A stretch of 63,649 nt of DNA, the filler included, from Trichosphaerium sp. ATCC 40318 (lineage: Eukaryota > Protista > Tubulinea), in NCBI GenBank assembly GCA_038496445.1. It is 3 parts of 3 records of this genome, joined end to end, with 100 filler letters (N's around TTAATTAATTAA, not from the genome) between each part and the next. Parts side by side here need not be neighbours in the genome. Positions count along the whole stretch, not along the records: positions 17,293 to 44,382 come from JALMLS010000028.1; 2 more parts are not named here. One strand, written 5' to 3'. Positions 23,501 through 36,084 of this stretch are shown piece after piece. Made by a program: the position numbers and the translations under genes. Under the pieces are notes generated by a model. That model made no database searches, was not told the origin of the DNA, and saw only the letters and a program-made list of their open reading frames with translations. How positions within the stretch are numbered: the stretch's first letter is position 1; each line of letters begins with the position of its first letter.

Positions 23501-25342
23501 TTACTTCAAAAACTGCTTTTTGTGCGTAATCGATTGTTATGCGGTTTTACAGTATACTTCGAATATTCTTTTTAGTATTATCGAAGAGTACATTTTTTAA
23601 CACATCAACCTTGATTGACGTCATTTGACCTTCCCTTTTTCGTTCGCTCCTTTTTTTTTGCTAAAGGTTTTTGTAGAGTACAAAGTGCGCCTATTATAAC
23701 AATACAAGACCCTCCTGAAGAGCTTAAAGCGAACGCGCCACTTTCTAAGCCAGTTGTAGTTGAACCGTCTTCAGAGTCCGAAAAGCGCTCGCAGAAAGCG
23801 CACTCCGATGACGAAGTAGCAATGGATATTGATGAAGACACTGATCACGGCCGTGATGATAGTTCAATAGTTGACGACGATGATGATTATGACGGTGTAG
23901 ATGGCACCTTTAGACCTCATGACGAAGATGGATGGGAATCTAGCTCAAAGAATGAAATTCCAACACGACGGAAGAACAAAAACAAAAACAGAGACGGTAT
24001 GTTTGCATGTTGGATTAAAACGATTCTAAAAGAGTAACTTTGCAAACACGTTTACGCGTGATTGATTTTGAACCAAAACGAGTGTTAATTATGTTCTAAG
24101 GTTCCTGGGAAGCAAACTACGGTACCAACGAGCTCGCAGAAATTGTTGGTACGCAATAGAGCGAGGAATAAAGCAAATCTATCAATTTTGTTGTTTAACT
24201 CAGTATTCCAGGCGCAAAACGCTCTGAAGGTCAACTCCTCATGTATATACGTTTCGAAGGTTTTCCGAACTACAGTTTTGGTAAGTAAACTCTAAACTTC
24301 AAAAAAGAAAAAAATGTTTGTTTCGAAAAAAAAAAAACGTGAAAATCACGTGTTGATGTTTTGACAAAATAATTTAAAGATCTTTCAAAAAAGAAAGTTA
24401 TTTAGATAGTTTAATTTGTTATCTTATTTGGTTTTTTTAGTACCTGCAGAAAAAGTTAAGGCCACATACCCGAGGAAAGTAATGGAGTTTTATGAGAGGT
24501 ACAGAATTCGCCTTTTTTCTTTTTTTGTGTTTTTTTTTTTGGTTATTCTTCTCACTATCATTAGTCGCTTAATATTCAGTAATACCACAAATAATCCACC
24601 GGAAAATGATGAAAAAGTGGAAAACAAGCCACCACAAAGCGATGCAATTAAAAATCTGCTTTCCGTATGACTTTTTTTCTTGTATCATAATTTGTTCTTT
24701 TTTTTTGATAAGAAAATTGGCTTACCTTATTCTAGTCCGAACAAATACTTCTTATTCAAGATAGACAAACAAAAGAGCTTCAAGAACACTTTAAAAACCT
24801 AGTAGAAACTGCTAAAGCAAGCACTAAAAAGAAGAAAACACCGTAAGTACATTTCGCTTTATTTTTTTTTTTTTTTTCCCAATTGTATGTGCACGGATTT
24901 TATTCCATAGCATTATTTCATTGTGTTGTAATTTTTTTCCGTAGGAGGAAAAAGAAGCGTGTTGTTTCACAACAAGAATTGAAACGAACACAACAGCAAC
25001 AAATTGCTCCTTTACAGCACATGATGCATCAAATGCCACAACAACTTGTACAACCACCTATGCAGCAACGTATACCTAGTATGAACCAATTACATGCGAT
25101 GCAACACCAACAGAATATCCCACAACAACACATAAACCCTGGCATGCAGGTACGAGCAAGAAATCTACAAAACATTTGTTTTATAAATCAATTCTCACTT
25201 TTTTCACGTTTAGAGGGCTAACAGTAACAACAACACAATTAAAACACAAAACTGTTCTCGATGTAATGTAATGCTTCAGTTTCCTGGTTCTGCAAGTCAG
25301 ATTCAGTGCCCAAAATGCCGACACGTGATGATCACAACGTAA
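20564..25342 (+). CDS. Multi-exon chromatin protein: ASH2L-type PHD plus winged helix, chromoshadow domain, Gln-rich tract, C-terminal LSD1-type zinc finger
   Basis: CYC..LRCGGCKKFFHQKC..PLPGDWNYLFYCRRC..VLYNL..FIDKYWNQL (22364-23098). Spliced ELAEIVGAKRSEGQLLMYIRFEGFPNYSFVPAEKVKATYPRKVMEFYESRLIF (24100-24580). Last exon CSRCNVMLQFPGSASQIQCPKC, TAA 25340-25342. Confidence 0.75.
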
Positions 25343-25699
25343 TCCATAAAAATGAAAAAAAAAAAACTGAAAAAAAAGATTTCGTAAATATTTTGGTAAA
25401 CAATCGATCTTAAACAAAAACCAGTGGTGGAATTCTCTATGTATCAGTATACGCTTTTTCAATAAACGTGGTTTGTATAAATCTTCGTCCAGTTCACATA
25501 ATACAAAACAAGTAAAGGTTAAACAAAAGTCAGTTTGCTTTTTTATTAAGACACGACTATCTGTTATGGTAAGTCCTAGTTGGTATTTTTTTTTCTAAAG
25601 TCAAGTTGATCCCACAGTTGCTAACATCTTCTCCAATGGAGGATCAGTTTACGTTTAGTTTTTTGATTGTGATGATGAGTACATTTGTTTCAAGTTTAT

Positions 25700-26512
25700 T
25701 GATTGCGACACTCAAACATGTACTCAACCATTAGAGTATCCCAATTAATTTTAGAAGTTCTGTATCTTCAGGTGTATATTCATCAACTACCTAAAACATG
25801 TCTTCACCAAATTCTTCATGAGACACATGATAAAATGTGTCCCTTGCTGCAGTAAAATCTTTAAAAAACTCTACCCACTGCTGGTTTATTGTTCTTGAGT
25901 GTATTTCCTCTAAATACTACCCTGCCATTGTACGTATAACATCAGACTCAGGGTGATCCATGCGAGACTCACAATAAAACGCATAATCTTCCATGAATGT
26001 CGCTTTTTTATCCTATGTATCGTACAAAACCAAGAATGCATCATGGTACTTTTTATCAAGAAGTACTTTCTCCAAGAAAGTATGAACAGCATCAACATGA
26101 GTAGAAACAAGTGCGTTGAACTCCTCGATAGTTTCTTGCTGGTAGGCTGCTAAGCTTTTACTTGATGCAGAACAGAGATATTCCATGGTGTAGTACATCA
26201 AGAAACCACAATGGCGCAATCTGTCAATAAAATCCTGTGAGAAATTTTTGTTTCCACGGGAGTGACAAGTCCGTGGATTTTGGTCGAAAAATGGAGGATA
26301 GAAACGTCCGGTTGGGTATTTATTTTCCAGGTTGAAAATAATAAATCATCTTTAGCAAACTTGTACCATTGTTTGCATACTGTGCGTAGGCTTTGTAGAG
26401 CGACTTCTACAGTTGCTACCTCTTTAAAAATAGCAAAAATGATCTCAACAGGTACGTTCGCAATTGTAGTGCTCTTTAGAAGTGAAATGTTTAAAGGACA
26501 TGTTTGTGCCAT
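25700..26512 (-). pseudogene. F-box protein pseudogene
   Basis: NVPVEIIFAIF..LRTVCKQW F-box, followed by a frameshift near 26210 and several in-frame TAG stops downstream. Confidence 0.7.
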
Positions 26513-26719
26513 GACTTGCTTTCTTTGTTACGTGTCGTGTTTTCTTTGTACACCAGTATGTGAAGTGGAATTAAGTTAAACAGTGAAAATTGGTTAAGTT
26601 AAAGAGCACAGTAAAACAGTCAGCGAAAATGCATGTACAAAACTCGACTTTTTTTAACAAGAAATTCGACTTCTATTCAGCTTTACAGTACAATAAATCG
26701 TGATCATGTAACACCAGCA

Positions 26720-27560
26720 TATGCGTGGTAGATTGTAAATCAAAAGGAGATATCAGCAGTTGAGATCAAATAAAACTGTTTTTTAATTTTCTACCCACAT
26801 GTATGGATTGACATTAGTCACCAAGATGGTTCTGGAAGTGTTGACCATAATGGCCCTGTCAAGCACTGATATTATTTTCAGTGTTGGGGCGATGTGAACA
26901 GTATGCAAATATATTTTAAGCGTTGTGGTGTTTATTTGTGGTACATAAGGAAGGTGACTCTGTACTGTGGAAGGTGCAAGGAAATTCCAGTTAATACAAA
27001 AGTTGAAAAGGTATCAAACAAGTGGTAAATACTTTACGCTATGCACACAAACACAAAATAGTACATCGGTGAGTCTTTTTTTTTTTTGACAGTTTGACAC
27101 ATTACAATGTGTCAAAAATGAAAAAGTCATCTGTTTACTTTGACTGACACGTGATTTGTAGAGATATCTCATACACAAACCTTATGTCGACCCTTGGCAA
27201 TGATGCTCTTGTTATTGATTGGGGTTGTGCTGTTACTCTAGGTGAGCCAACAACTTCTGGTTACGTTCTAGAATTATGACAAAGATGCAGGAATTTGTTA
27301 TACAGCCTCTCATGATCTATTCTCCTTTGTTCGAGTTATGATGTACATGAGGCTCAATGTTAATCACCAGTTTGAGATAGATGCGGCGTACGGAAACTGG
27401 CTAGCGGCTAAAGACAGCGGTAAGAAAAAAGAAGAACTAGTCACTAGAAATCAGTTTATTCTAAAATGGCATTCCTTTAGTTGGTTGGGATTCTTGTCAA
27501 GCTTGCGCTTTTAAAGAATACTATGATGATTTGATAGAATCGCTATGTTTGATGTTTTAT
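26720..27560 (+). pseudogene. Degraded protein kinase (FunK1/CRN-kinase-like motifs)
   Basis: Spliced AHKHKIVHR|DISYTNLM..ALVIDWGCA (intron ~27069-27160) and HDLFSF. Surrounding frames are broken by stops. Confidence 0.6.
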
Positions 27561-27681
27561 AGAAAGAACAGTAGTCCATGTAGCCAATGTGGCTCCTTAT
27601 GCTACTGTTGTAAAAAATAAAAAAATTGTATTCTACTCGTCCTTAAATGTAAAGCACATCTAAATTCAATGGCAATAGCAT

Positions 27682-27978
27682 TTAGTACTCTACTGTAATG
27701 CCAGATGAATTCAGATATAGGATAGCTTCGTAGCTTATTTGTTCGCATCCAAAAAGTATGATAGAAAGAGCTCCTTTGTGCGATTTAATGCCTGTGTAGT
27801 GGCCAATGCTAATATATTTAACACCTTTTAGTGCTTTTATACCATTGTCCGACACTGAGGTACTTCCTAGGCGGATATGATGAACACCCTTTAGCGCCTT
27901 AATACCCTCATCTGTAATTTGGATAGTACTTGTAATATGTATACAGCCCCTATGATAAATACTGTGAATACCGCTCAA
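27682..27978 (-). pseudogene. LRR gene relic (22-aa repeat family)
   Basis: ITDEGIKALKGVHHIRL and VSDNGIKALKGVKYISI; no intact 5' end. Confidence 0.7.
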
Positions 27979-28157
27979 TGGCCAACAACATCATGAATAA
28001 TATCAGCCATAAACCGACACGACGTTGAACTATAGAAAATCTGAGATTTTGTTGAGTTTGTGTGGTTATCTGTTTATGTCAATAAGGATCAACTTGTCTC
28101 GGTAGTAGAATATTTTATTAAAGGCATTTTTCTAAAGTACATAGGCGCCTTAATCTT

Positions 28158-30124
28158 TTATTGATTAGCCTTATCGTGATATGCAGCTTTTCTGGAGATA
28201 GCATAACCACCTCTTCCATGTTTATCACCGCATCCACGTTCTCTACTATGCTTCATACCCTTCATTAGCATCTTTTTAGTTGCTTTATCTCTATAAGTTG
28301 CTTTGTCTTTCATGTCACCACGAATCTCTTCAAGATCTTCTATCATTTCAACACATAATGCATCAGAAGCAGAAATCGATTCTTTGACATCTATAAATAA
28401 ACTAGTAAGTACAAGATTTTCAGCTAAAGGAAACTAGTTTTTTCAATTTTTCTTAGAAGTGATGAAGATGATACTTACGTTTGATTGCTGCATCTACTAT
28501 ACCCTGTGCTTTCTTTAGGTCGGATTTACCAACGACTTGAGCTTCTGCCATGGCATTAGATGATACGATTCTAAAAGGGTAAGCGAGAGTTAAACACAAG
28601 AGAAAAAAAAAGCGAACCTGTTGATTTGAACATCCATGAAGTAATCTCTTGTTTGTTCCTTTGGTAACTCAGATTTACGCTTGACAACAACTTTCTTTTC
28701 AATAACAGCATTTACACAAGACATAACGTTAAAGAACTCGGTTTTGTATGTGGCTACAACAAACTCCTCTACAAAAACTGTCAGTTGATGAATTGAAAAA
28801 AAGATCTAATTGATTGATTAAATTGTGTTTTCGTACCTGATTCACCACAAGCAGGAAGCTCAAATTGAGCTACTATGTTCCTTCGCTCTTCACTGTACAT
28901 ATCTCCCAAGTCGAGAATGTGTACACCGTCTTTGACTTCAGTCTAAAAGACGAACGTAAGAACAAACAAAAACATGTTGTTTCAGCGAAATAACTTTGAC
29001 TTCCTGGCCACTCACAGCACAAAAAAATATCATTTCATACCTTGATTTTACCCATTATTTTCTTGACTTTACAGCCATTCTCAGGTACGATAGACATTTT
29101 AATATTCTGTGCGCAGACAGATAATAAACCGCCCAAACAGTCAGCAAAACTTGATGCGATATCATCTGGATTCTCTACATAGTAGTACATTCCATTTGCA
29201 GCTTGTGCGAGTTCCCTATTTTGACAGAAAAGTCAGAAATCAAGAAGATATTTTCAGTGAAACTACTTTCATACCTCAACATTTTTTCGTCGTGGTCATC
29301 ACCGTAACCAAACGTGAATACTTAAGCATTCATTTGCTCTTCGAGCTTTGTTTTAAGTGCTTTTACAAGTGCAGGTGATTTAGAGATACCGTGGTTTGCA
29401 AGACCGTCAGTTAGAAGCCAAACACTTTGTACTTTGTTTTGAACTTTTGTTGCTAAAAAAAGACGAAATAAATAAACCGTTGGGGCGTCAAGATCTTTTT
29501 TTATGGCTTGTAGGAGTTTAAAATACGTACCTTTTAGTTCTTCTAAGCCTTTAAAAAGGCCACCGCTTAAATTTGTACTAGATCCTGCCTTTATTTGGCT
29601 GACTTTACGTTTGAGCGTTGTCTAAAGGAACGAGTTGGTTGTGATGTATTTTGGTGTTTATTTGAAAGTTAACTCTAGCGTTAACGGCTGGGGCGATAGC
29701 TATAGCTGTGATAACGCGTACCTTGTTGCTTGGAGTCATTTTCGTAAGCTCCATGTCTGTTCTGACGCCAGTGTCGAAACTAACGACGCCAAACGAATCA
29801 GCCTTCGTTAGTTGCGTAGAAACGAAGTTTAACGTTTCTTTAACAAGCTTCATTTTCTTTGTGCCCATAGAACCGCTTCTATCTACTACAGCGCAGATAT
29901 CCACGTCAGCTCTGGTGTCTTCGGCAAATGTTGGAGCATGTAGAGAGGAGCAAAAATGAGCAGTTGGCACTTCCGCTGTTGGGAATACATCGTATTCTTT
30001 GTGTGTGGCAAGTAAAAAGTCTTTTAGCTCTTCTATTATGATTTTAGATTAAAACAGCTCGTACTTGATTAAACGTACCAGTAGGTGTCTGATCTTGTTG
30101 TTGGATTGATTGTGGTTCAGCCAT
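28158..30124 (-). CDS. von Willebrand factor A domain protein (multi-exon)
   Basis: VDICAVVDRSGSM MIDAS motif, FGVVSFD, GSSTNLSGGL, VWLLTDGLANHG and FGYGDDHDE across exons. ATG at 30124. Confidence 0.85.
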
Positions 30125-30841
30125 GGTTGTGTTTTGTGTTGTTAGTTACGTTTTATGGTTAGTGTCAGCTTATTTTTTCGGTTTTACTTTCTTTGAAAAA
30201 AAAAAGACAGTGCAAACAATTTTCATGTTTTTCTTTTTTTTTGTGCAAGGGTTACAACCGCTATTAGGGAGGGCCGCCAATCAGAACTTGTGTATTTCGA
30301 GAATTTAGTTTTTGATGGCTTACAGCAGTGGACTCTATTGTTAACAATCTTTCTCTGAAACAACTTTAACGATTTGAAGATGTTCAAACCCCTAATACAC
30401 AATGATGTTCAAATCCTTAATACCAAGTTGAATCTCAACCGAGAGGTATAATAGTTGGCAATCATTGTTAGTAGATGGTTCATTTCATGAGTCATAGAGG
30501 ATACCATTGTGTTTTGTGAGCATCTGAATAAGCAGAACAGCTCATGCTAATAACTTTCCATGTGGCTTACCAATATACTTTTCATTTGTTTCTTGTCCTA
30601 ATACAAATGACATAGAAGTCTTTAAGTACAAGATCAAACGAACAAACACCTTTACAATAATAGCACGTGATCAAGTTGCAAACACCGTTGCCTGGCAACT
30701 ACTGCTCGTCCGTACTGCTAAAGCTCCTTCAGCACTTTGGCGTGCGAGGTCGACCTATGATTGCTACTGTTGGCACTTATCTTTGCGTAGCTTAGCCTAG
30801 TTTAAGTGAATAACCGTCAAGCCACCTGTCGTTCCACAGCA

Positions 30842-33184
30842 ATGGACTTACAAGCTTCCTACGACTTTGGTAATACTGAAGCTAGTAAACTACAGTGTTT
30901 TCAACGCCTTGTGGATCTGTTTACTAATCTACAATATGATTCCTACGAGACAAAGTATAAATACTCTTTTAAGATAAAACTAACGTAGAATAGTGCATCA
31001 GAAGAACAAAAGGAGTATTGGATTAACGAAGCCACCAATTTGGCTTTAAAGCACCACAAGGAAGTAATATTGGTATCTAATGAACTACTGGAACGCAGGA
31101 AAACACTACTGGTCGCTTACTTGCACTGTACGGATAACTGTCAATTTTTCTAAGCTTAACAGCATTAATACCATTTATAGTTAGCGTAAGTTACCTCCTA
31201 TGTAAACCGTTAATGGAGGACACTACACTAGACAACTCTATTTTTAAAACCTACGTCGTCAGGTATGTTTCTTTTCAACGAAAAACACAGAACACATATG
31301 GTGGATTTACTACTTTCACTTGTATTTGTGACAAACTCATGTGTTTTTACCCGTTTTTGTACAACGGTTTTACATAGATTACGTTCAGTTGTAGTCTGTG
31401 GTTTCCATTTTTTGCGATAAGAAGTGCAAACCATTTTCAACTTGTTAACTTCTTCGTTTTGTTGATCTGGTTAGGACTCTCCCGTTATTGGAACTGGCAC
31501 TTGAGATCGAAGGCTCTTCTATGATAGTAGATGAATACTCTAGTGGTGGAAAAGCGATATCAGTTATAATGAGTTGGATTCACAGTATCACGTGGGGTAA
31601 AGATGTGGCGAATATTATAGCAGAGACAACAATAATGAAGGGTATTTACCCCTATTTATCGTGTCCGTCTGAGACAATAAGGCAGTCAGCTTTGAGTGTT
31701 TGTGTATGGCTTTTAGACGGCGATGGGAACGCTGTTATATTCCAAGAGCTAGGAGGAATGGACTTGATTCTTTCATGTGTATCAAACAACACAATAGCAA
31801 AAACGAATGCCACTGTACGTTGTATATACGAATCTAATGCTTTCCCGTCATGTGGAGTTAATAATCATGTTCTTAGAGTATAGCGTGGAAGCTTGCAATG
31901 GTAGAATTATCGTCTCTAAAGTTGATAAAACACGAGTTATTCTCTAAAACCATCGAATGGATACCTTCAGCTGATACAACCAATGATATTTCCTTTAAAA
32001 TAATCTGTTGTTGCTATCTGTCTTGTTTATTGGCGCATGGTGAGACAGATCCAGCCTGTAATGATATACTAAAGAGCAAGGGCGTGGAGGAAAAGTGTTT
32101 TGCACTTGCAAAGAACATTAAGCCTTACTTGAGTCAAAACCATAATATTCTTATTGATTTTTGGGATTTTGCAATTCCTTCTTTGAGGAGCAAGTCTTCA
32201 GAAGCTAATTGTGGTATGTTATCAGTTGTATATTATTGCCTTCAAGATTCATCGCATTCGCATGTTGACTACCCCAAGGTATGTAGCAATACTGTTGAAA
32301 ACTGATTTGGTTTTCGGAATTGTTTTTTTTTATTGAAAGGAAAATTATCCTCAGTATCACGTGCTGTTGGTTGTTTACGGTTTCTTGACTCATTATTATT
32401 AAATTGATTTGGGTTTTTTCCTCCTAGGCGCATTGTGAATTAATATCACTAACGCTTACCAATCTATAGATGCTTGAAAGAGATGGAGCTACAGTTCATA
32501 TAATTAATATTTTGAACAAAAAACTTCCTTTGAATGATGCAGACGTTTTTGCTGTAGATATGGTTCTTGACATACTACTACTGTATTCAAAATCTAAAAA
32601 TGTGAGGCATTTTTTGGTTCAACATGGCATCTTACGGTATGTAATGATAAAATCCTTTATTTGGAAACAGGTTTTTTCTTACACGTGTCTGTCTGTTTAC
32701 CTCAACTGCTTCTTTATTGTAGGGCTTTAAGTAATTGTACTAGGAAGATTAATATACGTGATTCTATTTTGTGTAATATTATGGAAGATCCTAGTATCTA
32801 CATACATAGTATGTTTTCTCACGTGTTCTTTTTCTTTTTCGTTTGTAATGCTGTTTTTTGGCTTCCAAATCAAATTACTGCCTACGGCTGGTTTTTGGTT
32901 TCCTTGGTTGTTGTTTTGATTGTGTTCGTTTAGAGGCACCTAAAGGATCCGTTTTAACATTGCTACATACTTGTCAGAACTTTCTAATGAAGAACGCTGA
33001 TGATGTTCTTGACCTTGCAACTTTTAGTCATCATCATAATATGGATATTATGGAAGCTTTCTTTACTGCATCCGCACTTAAGGATGGTTTATCTTCGGAT
33101 TCAGATGTGCTTAATCAGTCTATTGAATTTAAAAATAGGTTCAAACTTCTCAAAGAGATAACGACTAAATCAAACAGTAATTGA
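30842..33184 (+). CDS. ARM/HEAT-like helical repeat protein (multi-exon)
   Basis: Exon ORFs 31488, 31898, 32470 and 32858 carry ARM-like motifs (IFQELGGMDLIL, LERDGATVHIINIL, FLVQHGIL). Confidence 0.65.
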
Positions 33185-33927
33185 TTTATTGTTTTTTATG
33201 TACAAGTTACAATACAAAATATTAATTCATTGTCTCTATTTTATATATAAGAGTGTGTTTTACCCTCTAGTACATACCAATCATCTATTGCCTGTGACAA
33301 TCACACCTCAGGTTACAAACTTGTGAGGTGTGTTCTCCAAAATGAGTGATAGGTGTTTTTTTTCTTGTATTCGTATCTTGTGGTGAAGACAACACAATGG
33401 GTTGTTTGGGACATAGCTTCCGCAATGAAGAGGTTTACTTATTCCAATGCGGATAGCAGATGCAGGTGGGTTTCGTACAATAGCTCTAAGAACATGATTG
33501 CAGCATCACATGATAAGGGTCTTGTACTTTCATCCTCAAAACTCTAAAAAAACACCCCAACAAGTTTCTTCATTTCCACAATTTGTTTCTTTTTTTGTAG
33601 GGTATGGCTGACCATTTGTGCGTAAACATTACACAAAATTAGTAATACAACCAAAAGGTTAATAGCCTACTCATTGGCATCCATTTACAACGCATGCCAA
33701 GAACTTGAGTCACCTGAAACTCGCAAACGCTTTGTACAAATTCAAGATGTGTGACTTGTCGAAGTAACAAAACAGCGTCGCCTTATTAACAGCAACTTAA
33801 GATATGTATTACTTGTAATCAATGCGATCTTCAACGCATTATGCTGACACCATGCATGTGCCACCATTGACGACAGTTTACTCCTCAACAATAGTATAAG
33901 TAATTGCTTACTAGCAGCAACATCAAA

Positions 33928-34001
33928 GCCTATGTAGCTCAGTTAGGTAGAGCGTTAGCCTTTTAAGCTAATGGCCGCGGGTTCGAGCCCCGTCATAGGC
34001 T
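33928..34001 (+). tRNA. tRNA-Lys (anticodon UUU)
   Basis: Acceptor stem GCCTATG/CATAGGC, D arm GCTC/GAGC, anticodon stem TTAGC-CTTTTAA-GCTAA, T arm GCGGG-TTCGAGC-CCCGT. Confidence 0.95.
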
Positions 34002-34799
34002 TCAACTTTATTATTACACCCGTCTTAGCAAGAGTTCCGAATAAAATTCATAAATATGCTAAGAATGCATTCTCAGAATATCAGAATGCAGAACTTATTT
34101 GATACCTCAATTGCTCACACAATAAAGTTATCTAGTAAGATGTACTAGAAACATATGGGCGGCAATACTACTTGAGTAATGTTCACGTGATTATGGCGTA
34201 CACAAAAGTTTCCGCGAGAGGAAATGATTTGCAATTGTACCTTGAATTTGTTGAAATGTACCAGTCGTTCTCATAGTGAGTTTTAGCGACCATAGCATGT
34301 AGAGGTTCCAGACGTGCTATTAAACATTTAAATGTTCAAAAACGTGATCAAGAATAAACGTTAACGTATCTGATTTACTGCATCAACTAGCAAATCGTGC
34401 CTTTGAGGAGAAACAACATTTAAGAGATCTCCACTTAACAGCACAAGTACGCTTATTTTTAATTAAACAGTTTTTTCATAACCAGAATATCACCAGCGCT
34501 TTTGGTCATCCCTGGGTCCCTCAAGGCACAAACTTTTGGGCACGTGGCTCTTAAAGCAATAAAGGTGACCTCATGGGTTAATACGTCGGTTTGCAACTTG
34601 TCAAAATGTTAAATGAGCTCCACTTTACTAATGTTAAGTACAAGCCCAATTTAGTATCAAAAAACAATTTTGTCACTGATTTATTACAATGAAATCACCT
34701 GAGTATAAATTCAGTGTCTAACTTTGGTGCTTTAGAATCCATATAATTGGCCTCTTGTTATATTGAGTTTATGGGAAAGAGAAATAAGTTATTTGTTTA

Positions 34800-35629
34800 C
34801 AGCTATCTTGGTATGGAAAGATGCAGAATGGACAAAAGAATGTTTGAATAGAGATGTGAAACATAAAAAGAAACTCTGTGATAAGACAACAAAGTATTTT
34901 CAAAGCAGTACAAAAAGCTGTAGCAAAACATAACGCAGATAAAACCGAATGTGGTGAACTTCTTGATATACTACAAAAAGTAAGAGTCTTGTATTATGTT
35001 GGGTCTGTCTTAAAATACCTGTAGGCAACACGTGGAAAGTATACACTAAGCAAAGAATTCAATGTGAGTTCAAATGCTGTTGATTTGACAATGTATGACT
35101 TTTCAATCCCAGAGTTACACATGATGTCTAATTCACTACGGTACACCTTAACACCTACTTATTTGCTCCTTATATTAATCATATTAAAATGTACCAGACA
35201 ATACTGCTTTATTCCATTTAAGTGGTTCGCTGTTAGTTCATTAAGTTATAACTTTAGAGAAGTTCACGAAATTGACAATGTACTTTTTGCTTTACACTTT
35301 TTCTTACCTGATTTGTTTTCTGATGTCTTTTTGAGTACTTGTATAAAGATCTGTTCATGTCTGCAGCAAATAAAGAAGATTTTCCTCTTCCTGATGATGA
35401 ATTAAAAGGAATGGCAGCTGAAAGAATGTTATATCATGACATTCCGATTGAAGAATTAAGGAAGAATCTACGAGAGTATTTACACTTTTTTACAAGAAGT
35501 GACACATCAGAAAATGCAATAGTTTACTTTGGACTAATACAAAATATTGCTGCAGTACACAAGCACCGTTGTAAACATACTTCGAATAGAAACTCAGACA
35601 AAAGTCATACTGATGTTGAGTCATTGTGA
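34800..35629 (+). CDS. 3' exons of a hypothetical protein, possibly decayed
   Basis: Exon-like segments with GT-AG junctions ending in ORF 35339-35629. No recognisable domain. Confidence 0.35.
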
Positions 35630-36084
35630 AACAAAGTAAAGTAATAACATTGTAATTCTCAGACTACTCGACCATAAAGTGTAGAGAGATACACCTCTGT
35701 TTGAAGGGTGGTAGTTACACTTGCATTATTCATTTTGTTACCGTGGTATCTTGTTTTAAACTCTTCTAACTTGTGCTACATACTCACATCTTAATCATAA
35801 CCTTTTTACAATGATTCTTTTGATAGTGATTTGTGGCACAATAAATACTTGGCAAGTTGAGTACTTGATCGGTGCAGCAGTTGTAGCAATATGTACACAA
35901 CACAAGTCTATTGACACCATGTTCTTATCATCTTAACTTTCACCAGCAAGCTTCATGGTCCGTGTAACCATTGTATTTAGTATTCTATCCTACTCAATTA
36001 CATTCGAGAGTTTGGACTTGCATCATTCCTTGTCGAGGAATAACTAAGCGAGGGTGAGTTGAAATAGTCCAAAAAAAAAACCAA

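Noticed and set aside
30379-30423. Two-copy 25-bp direct repeat GATGTTCAAA(C/T)CC(C/T)TAATAC
   Set aside because: Isolated short duplication with no further structure.
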